This document shows, one piece after another, positions 30,528 to 38,126 of a DNA stretch of 39,177 nt. The stretch's first letter is position 1. The number at the start of each line of letters is the position of its first letter. The DNA lies in the IMG/VR virus record IMGVR_UViG_2778261068_000002, positions 1-39,177 of that record. One strand, given 5' to 3'. The DNA is from a virus (taxonomy: Duplodnaviria; Heunggongvirae; Uroviricota; Caudoviricetes). Under the pieces are notes generated by a model. It was not told the DNA's origin. It did not search any database and saw only the letters and a list, made by a program, of their open reading frames with translations. The position numbers were made by a program, and so were the translations under genes.

Positions 30528-31423
30528 AGCTCCACCCCGTAAATCCAGTCAGTGTTCGTCAGGTCGAGTTTTGGTTTGCCGGCTGTCACGCCAGCCTGCT
30601 GCTTGTTTCGGTTGATTTCGAGCTGTGTCCACTTATCGCGGAGTTTGGCCGGACTCAGCACGTTACCGGACCAGAAGTTGTCCTGGCATGCCCAGCGGAA
30701 CAGTACGCACATGTCGCGATGGTTACGTCCGTCACGTTCACGCATCAGGCGGATATCGTTAGCCCACCCTGCAAAATTCGGTTTTCTGGCTGATGGCGCG
30801 ATGGTCTTCACCATGTCAAACATCCACTCTGCGGCGGTCAGGTCTTCTGCTGTTCCCCACTTGCTGCCGCTCTGAATTGCAGCATCCGGTTTAACCACAG
30901 AAAGATCGTTTTCTGGCTGGTCAGAGGATTCGCCAGAATTCTCTGACGAATAATCTTTTCTTTTTTCTTTTGTAATAGTGTCTTTTGTGTCCCCCTGTTT
31001 TGAGGGATAGCAATCCCCCAATTTGAGGGATGTTTTATCCCTCGTTTTAGGGGATTTTCCCTCGTTTTGAGGGATACACCATTCTGAGATGTTTTTATTT
31101 GGTCCAAACATGCCGCCTTGCTGCTTGATAATATTCATTCTGACGAGTTCTAACTTGGCTTCATTGCACCGTTTGACAGGTAACTTTGTAATCTCGCTAA
31201 GTTGAGAATCGGTGATTCTGTCCATTGGTTTATTCCACCCATAGGTTTTACGCAGAATGGCAAGCAGCACTTTAAACTGTCGCTTGGTCAGATCTGCGCC
31301 TGAATAAGCCTCAAGCAGTATATTTGATAGTCTGGCGTAACCATCATCGAGATCTGCCACATTACGCTCCTGTTCGGCAAAGTTACCTCTGCCGAAGTTG
31401 AGTATTTTTGCTGTATTTGTCAT
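30524..31423 (-). CDS. O: Replication initiator O
   Basis: 299 aa MTNTAKILNFGRGNFAEQERNVADLDDGYARLSN..., near-identical to lambda O as recalled; iterons inside the coding region. Confidence 0.9.
   Translation of the reverse strand: MTNTAKILNFGRGNFAEQERNVADLDDGYARLSNILLEAYSGADLTKRQFKVLLAILRKTYGWNKPMDRITDSQLSEITKLPVKRCNEAKLELVRMNIIKQQGGMFGPNKNISEWCIPQNEGKSPKTRDKTSLKLGDCYPSKQGDTKDTITKEKRKDYSSENSGESSDQPENDLSVVKPDAAIQSGSKWGTAEDLTAAEWMFDMVKTIAPSARKPNFAGWANDIRLMRERDGRNHRDMCVLFRWACQDNFWSGNVLSPAKLRDKWTQLEINRNKQQAGVTAGKPKLDLTNTDWIYGVEL
30955..31076. repeat. ori-lambda: four iterons plus adjacent AT-rich region inside O
   Basis: Four repeats of about 18 bp of the form ATCCCTCAAAACGAGGGA (seen on + as TTTGAGGGAT / CCCTCGTTTTAGGGGAT / CCCTCGTTTTGAGGGAT) next to an A/T-rich stretch. 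Confidence 0.8.
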
Positions 31424-31455
31424 AATGACTCCTGTGGATTGATCCAGTAATTCCC

Positions 31456-31752
31456 TCAGAATTGCATATCAATTTGCTTAGAGTCCCCGGCGGCCACCGG
31501 GGATTTTTTCTTTGTGATTCCATCAAGCGCATACTTAAAAGCCCTACTAATCGGACTGATGTCTGATGCCATTCCGAAAGCACACAAGACCGAAGCAATA
31601 AACCGCCAGTCCGTTCTGCTTATCTTCGATTCATGACAGCCAATCATCTTTGCCAGACCGCGCTGGGTAAGCGTTGACAGGTTGATGAGTAAATCTGTTT
31701 CTGCGCGATCAACGTCTCGCTGTGATAGTTTGCTGTAATTTGTTTGTTCCAT
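31456..31752 (-). CDS. cII: CII-like transcriptional activator
   Basis: 98 aa; position directly downstream of cro; HTH-like GLAKMIGCHESKISR; C-terminal QIDMQF resembles lambda CII QIQMEF as recalled. Confidence 0.7.
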   Translation of the reverse strand: MEQTNYSKLSQRDVDRAETDLLINLSTLTQRGLAKMIGCHESKISRTDWRFIASVLCAFGMASDISPISRAFKYALDGITKKKSPVAAGDSKQIDMQF

Positions 31753-31816
31753 TTCTTACTATTTCCATAGGTAAATAATCACTAATACTCATCTTTCGAT
31801 GAGTGCTTAATTAGTT

Positions 31817-31851
31817 ACCGCGTTGTCGGCGGTGCAGATTGATAAAGAGCG
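31817..31851 (-). promoter_or_regulatory. nutR candidate (boxA CGCUCUUUA plus boxB-like hairpin with GACAA loop)
   Basis: Minus strand directly after the cro stop: GCGGATCCGCTCTTTATCAATCTGCACCGCCGACAACGCGGT. boxA matches consensus; the boxB-like stem is imperfect. Confidence 0.5.
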
Positions 31852-31861
31852 GATCCGCTTA

Positions 31862-32077
31862 TTAAGCGGCTTTGTGTTCCGGCGGGAACACGTCATCAAG
31901 ACTGACTTTTGCGCCTAACTTGTTTAGGCACGCAACAAGAGCACGGCATGTTTTAAGATCTGGGAAGCGACGACCTGATTCCCAATGTCCGATAGCTCCC
32001 TGTGTGCATCCAACTGCCTTAGCAAGGGTTGTTTGAGAGATATTCAGTGACTCTCGATATTTTCGTAGGTTGCTCAT
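31862..32077 (-). CDS. cro: Cro-like repressor (HTH_XRE)
   Basis: 71 aa from ATG 32077 (MSNLRKYRESLNISQTTLAKAVGCTQGAIGHWESGRRFPD...), GGAGGG 4 nt upstream; divergent from cI. The track's 128-aa extension is rejected. Confidence 0.8.
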   Translation of the reverse strand: MSNLRKYRESLNISQTTLAKAVGCTQGAIGHWESGRRFPDLKTCRALVACLNKLGAKVSLDDVFPPEHKAA

Positions 32078-32188
32078 ATGCCCTCCATAGTAACCATGAA
32101 ATAATAATACGATATGTACTTTTGCAATGCAAATAAAAAATACATCTTGTGCATGGATGGTTTTAGTACAGAGCGTAATAATAAGGAT
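32078..32188. promoter_or_regulatory. Divergent PR/PRM promoter-operator region (operators not resolved)
   Basis: 111-bp AT-rich intergenic region between divergent cro and cI; contains palindrome TTTGCAaTGCAAA at 32121-32133. Confidence 0.5.
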
Positions 32189-32848
32189 ATGAAAATGAAA
32201 TGGTATGAACTGGCTAGATCCAGAATGAAAGAGCTCGGCATAACTCAAGAGAAGTTAGCTGAAGAGCTTGGTATGACGCAGGGTGGAATTGGTCACTGGT
32301 TGCGCGGATCTCGTCATCCATCTCTTGACGAGATTGGTGTGGTGTTTAAATACCTTGGTATTGATAACGTCTCATTCAACCACGACGGTACATTTTCACC
32401 TGTTGGCGAATACTCATCTGCCCCCGTTAAAAAACAATATGAGTACCCTGTTTTTTCTCATGTTCAGGCCGGGATGTTCTCGCCTGAGCTTAGAACCTTT
32501 ACCAAAGGTGATGCGGAGAGATGGGTAAGCACAACCAAAAAAGCCAGTGATTGTGCATTCTGGCTTGAGGTTGAAGGTAATTCCATGACCGCACCAACAG
32601 GCTACAAGCCAAGCTTTCCTGACGGGATGTTAATTCTGGTTGACCCTGAGCAGGCTGTCGAGCCAGGTGATTTCTGCATAGCCAGACTTGGGGGTGAGGA
32701 GTTTACCTTCAAGAAACTGATCAGGGATAGCGGTCAGGTGTTCCTACAGCCACTAAACCCACAATATCCAATGATCCCATGCAATGATAGCTGTTCCGTT
32801 GTGGGGAAAGTTATCGCCAGCCAGTGGCCCGAAGAGACATTTAGCTAA
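32189..32848 (+). CDS. cI: CI-type prophage repressor (HTH plus S24 LexA-like autopeptidase domain)
   Basis: ATG 32189 (MKMKWYEL...) with AAGGA upstream; N-terminal HTH with [11 protein letters not shown]-terminal S24 domain with G-N-S-M-T (GNSMTAP) and FKKLI...[11 protein letters not shown] as in P22 c2/lambda cI as recalled. Confidence 0.85.
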   Translation: MKMKWYELARSRMKELGITQEKLAEELGMTQGGIGHWLRGSRHPSLDEIGVVFKYLGIDNVSFNHDGTFSPVGEYSSAPVKKQYEYPVFSHVQAGMFSPELRTFTKGDAERWVSTTKKASDCAFWLEVEGNSMTAPTGYKPSFPDGMLILVDPEQAVEPGDFCIARLGGEEFTFKKLIRDSGQVFLQPLNPQYPMIPCNDSCSVVGKVIASQWPEETFS

Positions 32849-32876
32849 CATCCCCCCCTAAAACACACAGCAATAA

Positions 32877-32904
32877 CCCGACCTTAGCGTCGGGTTTTCT
32901 TTTT
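32877..32904 (+). terminator. Intrinsic terminator after cI
   Basis: CCCGAC-cttag-cGTCGGG followed by TTTTCTTTTT on the + strand, about 30 nt after the cI stop. Confidence 0.6.
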
Positions 32905-32925
32905 CCAAAATATAAACCCATAAAA

Positions 32926-32968
32926 TACAAAATGTTATAAAAACCAATCGCATTTAGAACATTTTGTA
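32926..32968. promoter_or_regulatory. Candidate OL/PL operator inverted repeats
   Basis: TACAAAATGTTA at 32926-32937 and near-perfect reverse complement GAACATTTTGTA at 32957-32968 in the AT-rich region upstream of N; also GTACacatcGTAC at 32982-32994. Confidence 0.35.
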
Positions 32969-33042
32969 TCGACCAAATAAAGTACACATCGTACTATTTA
33001 GCCATCAGCAGGACGCTGGTAGCCAAACGGAACAGATTGGCA

Positions 33043-33077
33043 GGCTCTTTAACCTCGATGGGGCGCTGACAAAGCGC
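33043..33077 (+). promoter_or_regulatory. nutL (boxA GCTCTTTAA plus boxB GCGCTGACAAAGCGC)
   Basis: boxA-like GCTCTTTAA followed 11 nt later by a perfect 5-bp stem / 5-nt GACAA loop hairpin, identical in form to the P22-type boxB as recalled; about 120 nt upstream of N. Confidence 0.65.
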
Positions 33078-33193
33078 AAACAGATACCAAACGAGATGGG
33101 TTTGGCGGTGATGTGAATTGCTGCTGCAACGACAGCAACCAGAAGATCAGCATCTGGCACATCACCACCAAAGCCATTTCACATGAGGAAAAC

Positions 33194-33505
33194 ATCATGA
33201 CGGTAATCGTGTACGGAAAATCAACATTTGCAGGAAATGCCAAAACTCGCCGTCATGAGCGGCGCAGAAAGCTAGCTATCGAGCGTGATGCCATCTGCAA
33301 CATTATCGATTCGATCTTCGGTGCAGATAGTGAGGAACCTTTTCAGAAAGAACCGAGAAAGCGTTTAAATCTTTCTGAAAAAGCAATATCACTCAGCAAC
33401 ATTCGTAACCAAAATACCGATGAATGCAGTGGAAGTATTTGTCTTCCAAATGTAGCTCTTTACGCGGCAGGCTACAGGAAATCAAAACAACTGACAGCAA
33501 AGTGA
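33194..33505 (+). CDS. N: N antiterminator (P22-type arginine-rich motif)
   Basis: 103 aa from ATG 33194 (GAGGA 8 nt upstream); residues GNAKTRRHERRRKLAIER match the P22 N boxB-binding peptide as recalled; same strand as cI. Confidence 0.8.
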   Translation: MMTVIVYGKSTFAGNAKTRRHERRRKLAIERDAICNIIDSIFGADSEEPFQKEPRKRLNLSEKAISLSNIRNQNTDECSGSICLPNVALYAAGYRKSKQLTAK

Positions 33506-33566
33506 CTTGTGTTGGTCGCCAGAAAATGAAATTAGGCAGCAAACCACTTATTTGAGAGGAATTAAT

Positions 33567-34190
33567 ATGTCATCAATCCGCTTAACTACGAGAATGAAAG
33601 AGGAAATCGCTCGTAACGCTTTAATTAAGTCTGGGGTTTTCACTGAACTTAAAGAAGTAACAAAGTTAAATAACCAGCTTGCACTTGACGCCAGGGTTGT
33701 TGCGTTTGGCGGTAAAAAGAAAACTGAGGAAGTGGATCAGTTATCATCCAAGTTAATGGCTATAAGCGAAGAACTTAAAAAGCTGGGATGTTCATTTTAC
33801 TCATGCGATGCCCGTTCAACTTCAATTTATCTGACTGTATCTGGCAGAAGGGTTGGCTGGTATTCATATGGGAAAGACGGCAACGGCGAAGATATATTGC
33901 TCCCTACTCCGACCAAAGATAAATGCATGTTTAGTGCAGAACACGAAATAACAAAAAGGTTTGATGAAATCTGCGCATTGCAACAAAAACTTGAAGCCAA
34001 GAAAAAGGATATCGAATCAAATGTATGGGCTGCTTTGAACTCAGTCACAACAGTTAAGCGACTTATTGAAGTTTGGCCTGAAAGCAAAGAGTTGCTACCA
34101 AAAGAAGCAGATAAAGCAAGTGCAGCACTTCCTGCTTTACGGGTAGAAGATTTGAATAAGATGATTGGACTTCCTTCCGAGGCCGCATAA
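33567..34190 (+). CDS. 208-aa hypothetical protein in the N-proximal early-left slot
   Basis: ATG 33567 with GAGAGGAA upstream (track's 33507 start is TTG); MSSIRLTTRMKEEIARNALIKSGVFTELKEV...; soluble, K/E-rich with coiled-coil-like middle; no family recognised. Confidence 0.55.
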   Translation: MSSIRLTTRMKEEIARNALIKSGVFTELKEVTKLNNQLALDARVVAFGGKKKTEEVDQLSSKLMAISEELKKLGCSFYSCDARSTSIYLTVSGRRVGWYSYGKDGNGEDILLPTPTKDKCMFSAEHEITKRFDEICALQQKLEAKKKDIESNVWAALNSVTTVKRLIEVWPESKELLPKEADKASAALPALRVEDLNKMIGLPSEAA

Positions 34191-34414
34191 TCGGCCTTTA
34201 TTTTTGGCATAAACAACAGAATAAACACTGCACTGTGTATTCATTCCAACGAGTGAATACACGGAGCAATGTCGCTCGTAACTAAACAGGAGCCGACTTG
34301 TTCTGATTATTGGAAATCTTCTTTGCCCTCCAGTGTGAGGGCCTTTTTATATGCATACCAATAACGCTTCACTCGAGGCGTTTTCGTTATGCAATCAAAT
34401 ATAAGGAGTTACCC

Positions 34415-34549
34415 ATGATGCACTTTCAGCTCGCGGGTAGCGGCGTCATGTCCGCTTTCTACCTGCACGAATCTGAATTATCACGCCGAGTTAAACAATT
34501 AATCAGAGCAGCAAAGAAACAACTGGAGGCGTTATGCGCAATGAAATAG
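34415..34549 (+). CDS. cIII: CIII-like protein (probable FtsH inhibitor)
   Basis: 44 aa MMHFQLAGSGVMSAFYLHESELSRRVKQLIRAAKKQLEALCAMK; AAGGAG 6 nt upstream; pattern resembles lambda CIII as recalled. Confidence 0.5.
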   Translation: MMHFQLAGSGVMSAFYLHESELSRRVKQLIRAAKKQLEALCAMK

Positions 34550-34686
34550 CCATCAATCACCAGATGCTTCGTGCTGCACAAAACAAAGCAGTAATAGCCA
34601 GATTTATTGGTGATTCCAAAATGTGGCTTGAAGCAAATAAAGCGATGAAATCAGCTATCAACCTTCCGTGGTATCGCAGGAAATGA
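34534..34686 (+). CDS. Kil-like small protein
   Basis: 50 aa MRNEIAINHQMLRAAQNKAVIARFIGDSKMWLEANKAMKSAINLPWYRRK; the FIGDxKM segment resembles lambda Kil as recalled; GGAGG upstream; overlaps the cIII-like stop. Confidence 0.35.
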   Translation: MRNEIAINHQMLRAAQNKAVIARFIGDSKMWLEANKAMKSAINLPWYRRK

Positions 34687-34940
34687 GTTTTACAGATAAC
34701 TGGTCAGACGAAGAATTCATTCGTCAGATGAAAGAATTAATCGGTAACGAAGGAGATATTCATGTCACTTGCAACCACAGTGAAGGAGAGCAAGTTACAG
34801 AGACGCATGTACACGCAGAAAGCTCTCTGGTATCGCCATAATGGCGACCGCGAAGGAATGCGGGTATGCCTTAATTTGTCCCGAGTCGAAGTATTAAATC
34901 AGCGTTATTTCCTTGGGCCGTGTCCATTCTGAGGTGAATT

Positions 34941-35648
34941 ATGGATTTGAACAAATTCGATGAGCCATTCAGCCCTGAAGATATCGAATGGCGAATACAG
35001 CAAAGCGGCAAAACACGCGATGGCAAAGTGTGGGCTATGGTGCTGGCTTATGTCACGAACAGGGCAATCATGAAACGCCTGGACGATATTTGCGGCAAAG
35101 CAGGATGGCGCAATGAATACCGCGATATTCCCAACAACGGCGGCGTTGAATGTGGCATATCAATAAAGATTGATTCCGAATGGGTAACCAAATGGGATGC
35201 TGCTGAAAACACGCAGGTAGAAGCCGTCAAAGGTGGTCGTTCCGGTGCAATGAAGCGCGCTGCCGTTCAGTGGGGAATCGGTCGGTATCTGTATAACCTT
35301 GAGGAAGGTTTCGCACAAACATCTCTCGATAAAAAGCAGGGATGGCACAGGGCAAAACTGAAGGATGGAACAGGATTTTACTGGCTCCCTCCATCGCTGC
35401 CGGGATGGGCAATCCCAGCATCAGATAAAAAACCATCACCAGAAAATACCAACCAGAAATCTCCATCGGTTGACTGCGAGCAAATCCTGAAAGACTTCAG
35501 CGATTATGCATCGACAGAAACTGATAAGAAAAAACTCATCGAGCGTTATCAGCGTGACTGGCAATTAATGGCTGGCAACGAGGAGGCGCAGGCTAAATGC
35601 GTTCAGATAATGAACATCAGAGTTAACGAACTAAAACAGGCGGCATAA
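34941..35648 (+). CDS. Single-strand annealing recombinase (Rad52/Sak-like)
   Basis: 235 aa; AVQWGIGRYLY motif typical of Rad52-family annealing proteins; GAGGTG upstream; occupies the bet position. Confidence 0.6.
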   Translation: MDLNKFDEPFSPEDIEWRIQQSGKTRDGKVWAMVLAYVTNRAIMKRLDDICGKAGWRNEYRDIPNNGGVECGISIKIDSEWVTKWDAAENTQVEAVKGGRSGAMKRAAVQWGIGRYLYNLEEGFAQTSLDKKQGWHRAKLKDGTGFYWLPPSLPGWAIPASDKKPSPENTNQKSPSVDCEQILKDFSDYASTETDKKKLIERYQRDWQLMAGNEEAQAKCVQIMNIRVNELKQAA

Positions 35649-36164
35649 ATGGCAAGCAGAGGCGTAAATAAGGTGATCATTATTGGTCGCCTTGGTCATG
35701 ATCCAGAAATCAGATATTCACCATCAGGAACGGCATTTGCAAACCTTACCGTTGCTACGTCAGAACAGTGGCGTGATAAGCAAACTGGAGAGCAAAAGGA
35801 GCAGACGGAGTGGCACCGTGTGGTAATGAGCGGAAAACTGGCAGAAATTGCCAGCGAATATCTGCGAAAAGGCTCTGAGGTTTATCTTGAAGGTAAATTG
35901 CGGACAAGAAAATGGCAGGATCAAAGCGGACATGATCGGTTCACTACCGAAGTCATCGTGGGCGTTGGTGGAACCATGCAAATGCTTGGTGGCAAGCAAG
36001 GAGGCAATGAACAGTCTTCACCTCAGCGAAATAACGGTCAGCAACAAAGACAGCAACCTCAGCAGCAAGGGAATCACAGCGAACCACCTATGGATTTTGA
36101 CGACGATATACCCTTTGCACCAGTAACTCTCCCCTTCCCTCGTCACGCTATTCACGCAATTTAA
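35649..36164 (+). CDS. ssb: Single-stranded DNA-binding protein with C-terminal extension
   Basis: [23 protein letters not shown]...[42 protein letters not shown]... closely matches E. coli SSB as recalled; the acidic tail [11 protein letters not shown] is followed by 15 further codons ([15 protein letters not shown]) before the stop. Confidence 0.85.
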   Translation: MASRGVNKVIIIGRLGHDPEIRYSPSGTAFANLTVATSEQWRDKQTGEQKEQTEWHRVVMSGKLAEIASEYLRKGSEVYLEGKLRTRKWQDQSGHDRFTTEVIVGVGGTMQMLGGKQGGNEQSSPQRNNGQQQRQQPQQQGNHSEPPMDFDDDIPFAPVTLPFPRHAIHAI

Positions 36165-36177
36165 TCAGGAGAAAATC

Positions 36178-36474
36178 ATGCCAGCGCCTCTGTATGGTGC
36201 GGATGACCCGCGCCGCTGTTCCGGCAGTTCCATATCGGAGGTGCTGGATAAATTCAGAAAAAACTACGACCGGATAATGTCTCTACCGCAGGAAACGAAA
36301 GAGGAAAAGGAATTTCGCCATTGTATATGGCTTGCAGAGAAAGAAGAACGCGAGCGAATTTACCAGACATCAATACGACCATTCCGCAAAGCCACATATA
36401 CCCACTTCCCTGAATATATCGACCCGCGCCTGCGTAATTACCGCTCACGCTATGGCGCTATCAGTAATGGCTGA
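36178..36474 (+). CDS. 98-aa hypothetical early protein
   Basis: ATG 36178 with AGGAG 7 nt upstream; MPAPLYGADDPRRCSGSSISEVLDKFRKNYDRIMSLPQETKEEKEFRHCIW... Confidence 0.5.
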   Translation: MPAPLYGADDPRRCSGSSISEVLDKFRKNYDRIMSLPQETKEEKEFRHCIWLAEKEERERIYQTSIRPFRKATYTHFPEYIDPRLRNYRSRYGAISNG

Positions 36475-36540
36475 GGAATTAACAATGAAGCTCAAAGCAC
36501 AGCGGCTGGCTGAGGAGATAAATAATACACGGGAGGCGAT

Positions 36541-36732
36541 ATGCACAAAGCATCTCCTGTTGAGTTAAGAACGAGTATTGAGATGGCACATAGCCTTGCT
36601 CAAATTGGAGTCAGGTTTGTGCCAATACCAGTAGAAACAGACGAAGAATTTCATACGTTAGCCGCATCCCTTTCACAAAAGCTGGAAATGATGGTGGCGA
36701 AAGCAGAAGCAGATGAGAGAGACCAGGTATGA
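36541..36732 (+). CDS. 63-aa hypothetical early protein (lambda orf63-position)
   Basis: MHKASPVELRTSIEMAHSLAQIGVRFVPIPVETDEEFHTLAASLSQKLEMMVAKAEADERDQV; same length as lambda orf63, homology not verified. Confidence 0.45.
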   Translation: MHKASPVELRTSIEMAHSLAQIGVRFVPIPVETDEEFHTLAASLSQKLEMMVAKAEADERDQV

Positions 36733-36808
36733 CAACCACTGAATGCATTCTTCTGGCAGCGGGCTTCATATTCTGTGTGCTTATGCTTGCCGACATGGGA
36801 CTTGTTCA

Positions 36809-37024
36809 ATGACACCTCAGCAGGAAAACGCCCTTCGCAGCATTGCCCGTCAGGCTAATTCTGAAATCAAAAAAGCCAGGCAGCAGTTTCCGGATAAAAA
36901 CGTCGATGACATTTGCCGTAGCGTACTGAAGAAGCACCGCGAAACGGTAACGCTGATGGGATTCACACCGACTCATTTAAGCCTGGCGATCGGCATATTA
37001 AACGGCGTTTTTAAGGAGCGGTGA
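36809..37024 (+). CDS. 71-aa hypothetical early protein
   Basis: MTPQQENALRSIARQANSEIKKARQQFPDKNVDDICRSVLKKHRETVTLMGFTPTHLSLAIGILNGVFKER; ATG overlaps the stop of an upstream 27-aa micro-ORF. Confidence 0.4.
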   Translation: MTPQQENALRSIARQANSEIKKARQQFPDKNVDDICRSVLKKHRETVTLMGFTPTHLSLAIGILNGVFKER

Positions 37025-37122
37025 ACATGAAAAGCAAAATTATCAGGGAGCTACAGGCTCCTTTTTTATTGTTCGCATTCACCCTCAAGCGTATTAACCA
37101 ACAATTCAGGGATTAATGGAAG

Positions 37123-37344
37123 ATGGCAGACATCATTGATTCAGCATCAGAAATTGAAGAATTACAGCGCAACACAGCAATAAAAATGCGCCGCCTGAAC
37201 CACCAGGCTATATCTGCCACTCATTGTTGTGAGTGTGGCGATCCCATAGATGAGCGAAGACGCCTGGCCGTTCAGGGTTGTCGGACTTGTGCAAGTTGCC
37301 AGCAAGATCTGGAGCTTATCCGCAAACAAAGGGGGATTAAGTGA
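37123..37344 (+). CDS. TraR/DksA-family C4 zinc-finger protein (lambda orf73-like)
   Basis: 73 aa; C-x2-C-x17-C-x2-C (CCECGDPIDERRRLAVQGCRTCASCQ); length matches lambda orf73 as recalled. Confidence 0.7.
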   Translation: MADIIDSASEIEELQRNTAIKMRRLNHQAISATHCCECGDPIDERRRLAVQGCRTCASCQQDLELIRKQRGIK

Positions 37345-37628
37345 TGGCTAACCTGCAACTTGCTGTTAAAAGTGAATACTTCGATGCCATGATTCGCGGA
37401 GAGAAAACGGAAGAGTATCGCCTTGTTAATGACTACTGGAAAAAGCGCCTCGTTAACCACGAGTATGGCAGTCTGATCATCACGAAGGGATATCCGAAGC
37501 GCGACGATTCCAGCCGCAGAATTGATGTTCCGTATGACGGATATGAAATCAAGACAATCACACATCCGCACTTCGGTGATAAACCGGTAAAGGTGTTCGC
37601 GATAAAGGTGAATATCGGCAATGAATAA
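37341..37628 (+). CDS. ASCH-domain-like protein
   Basis: 95 aa MMANLQLAVKSEYFDAMIRGEKTEEYR...; N-terminal pattern resembles ASCH/PUA-like domains; ATGA overlap with the TraR-like stop. Confidence 0.45.
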   Translation: MMANLQLAVKSEYFDAMIRGEKTEEYRLVNDYWKKRLVNHEYGSLIITKGYPKRDDSSRRIDVPYDGYEIKTITHPHFGDKPVKVFAIKVNIGNE

Positions 37629-37700
37629 CAATCCTCGCACTCGCGGGGATTTCTTTTATCTGAACTCGCTACGGCGGATTTTGTTTTATGGAGATGATAA

Positions 37701-37868
37701 ATGCACTTCCGAGTCACAGGTGAATGGAATGGAGAACCATTCAACAGAGTTATCGAAGCAGAGAACATCAATGACTGCTATGACCACTGGATGATATGGG
37801 CGCAGATAGCACATGCAGACGTAACCAATATTCGAATTGAAGAACTGAAAGAACACCAAGCCGCCTGA
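37701..37868 (+). CDS. 55-aa hypothetical protein upstream of xis
   Basis: Not in the track: MHFRVTGEWNGEPFNRVIEAENINDCYDHWMIWAQIAHADVTNIRIEELKEHQAA; GGAG about 9 nt upstream. Confidence 0.3.
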   Translation: MHFRVTGEWNGEPFNRVIEAENINDCYDHWMIWAQIAHADVTNIRIEELKEHQAA

Positions 37869-37907
37869 TGGAGGTTTTTTCTTGCGTGTAATTGCGGAGA
37901 CTTTGCG

Positions 37908-38126
37908 ATGTACTTGACACTTCAGGAGTGGAACGCACGCCAGCGACGCCCAAGAAGCCTTGAAACAGTTCGTCGATGGGTACGCGAGTGCAGGATATTC
38001 CCACCACCGATTAAGGATGGAAGAGAGTATCTGTTCCACGAATCAGCGGTAAAGGTTGACTTAAATCGACCAGTAACAGGTAGCCTTTTGAAGAGGATCA
38101 GAAATGGGAAGAAGGCGAAGTCATGA
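37908..38126 (+). CDS. xis: Excisionase
   Basis: 72 aa MYLTLQEWNARQRRPRSLETVRRWVRECRIFPPPIKDGREYLFHESAVKVDLNRPVTGSLLKRIRNGKKAKS, essentially lambda Xis as recalled; overlaps the int start. Confidence 0.9.
   Translation: MYLTLQEWNARQRRPRSLETVRRWVRECRIFPPPIKDGREYLFHESAVKVDLNRPVTGSLLKRIRNGKKAKS

Noticed and set aside
30955..31076. Direct repeats inside O considered as a possible CRISPR-like or satellite repeat
   Set aside because: They are the four roughly 18-bp iterons of ori-lambda with the adjacent AT-rich region, not a spacer-containing array.
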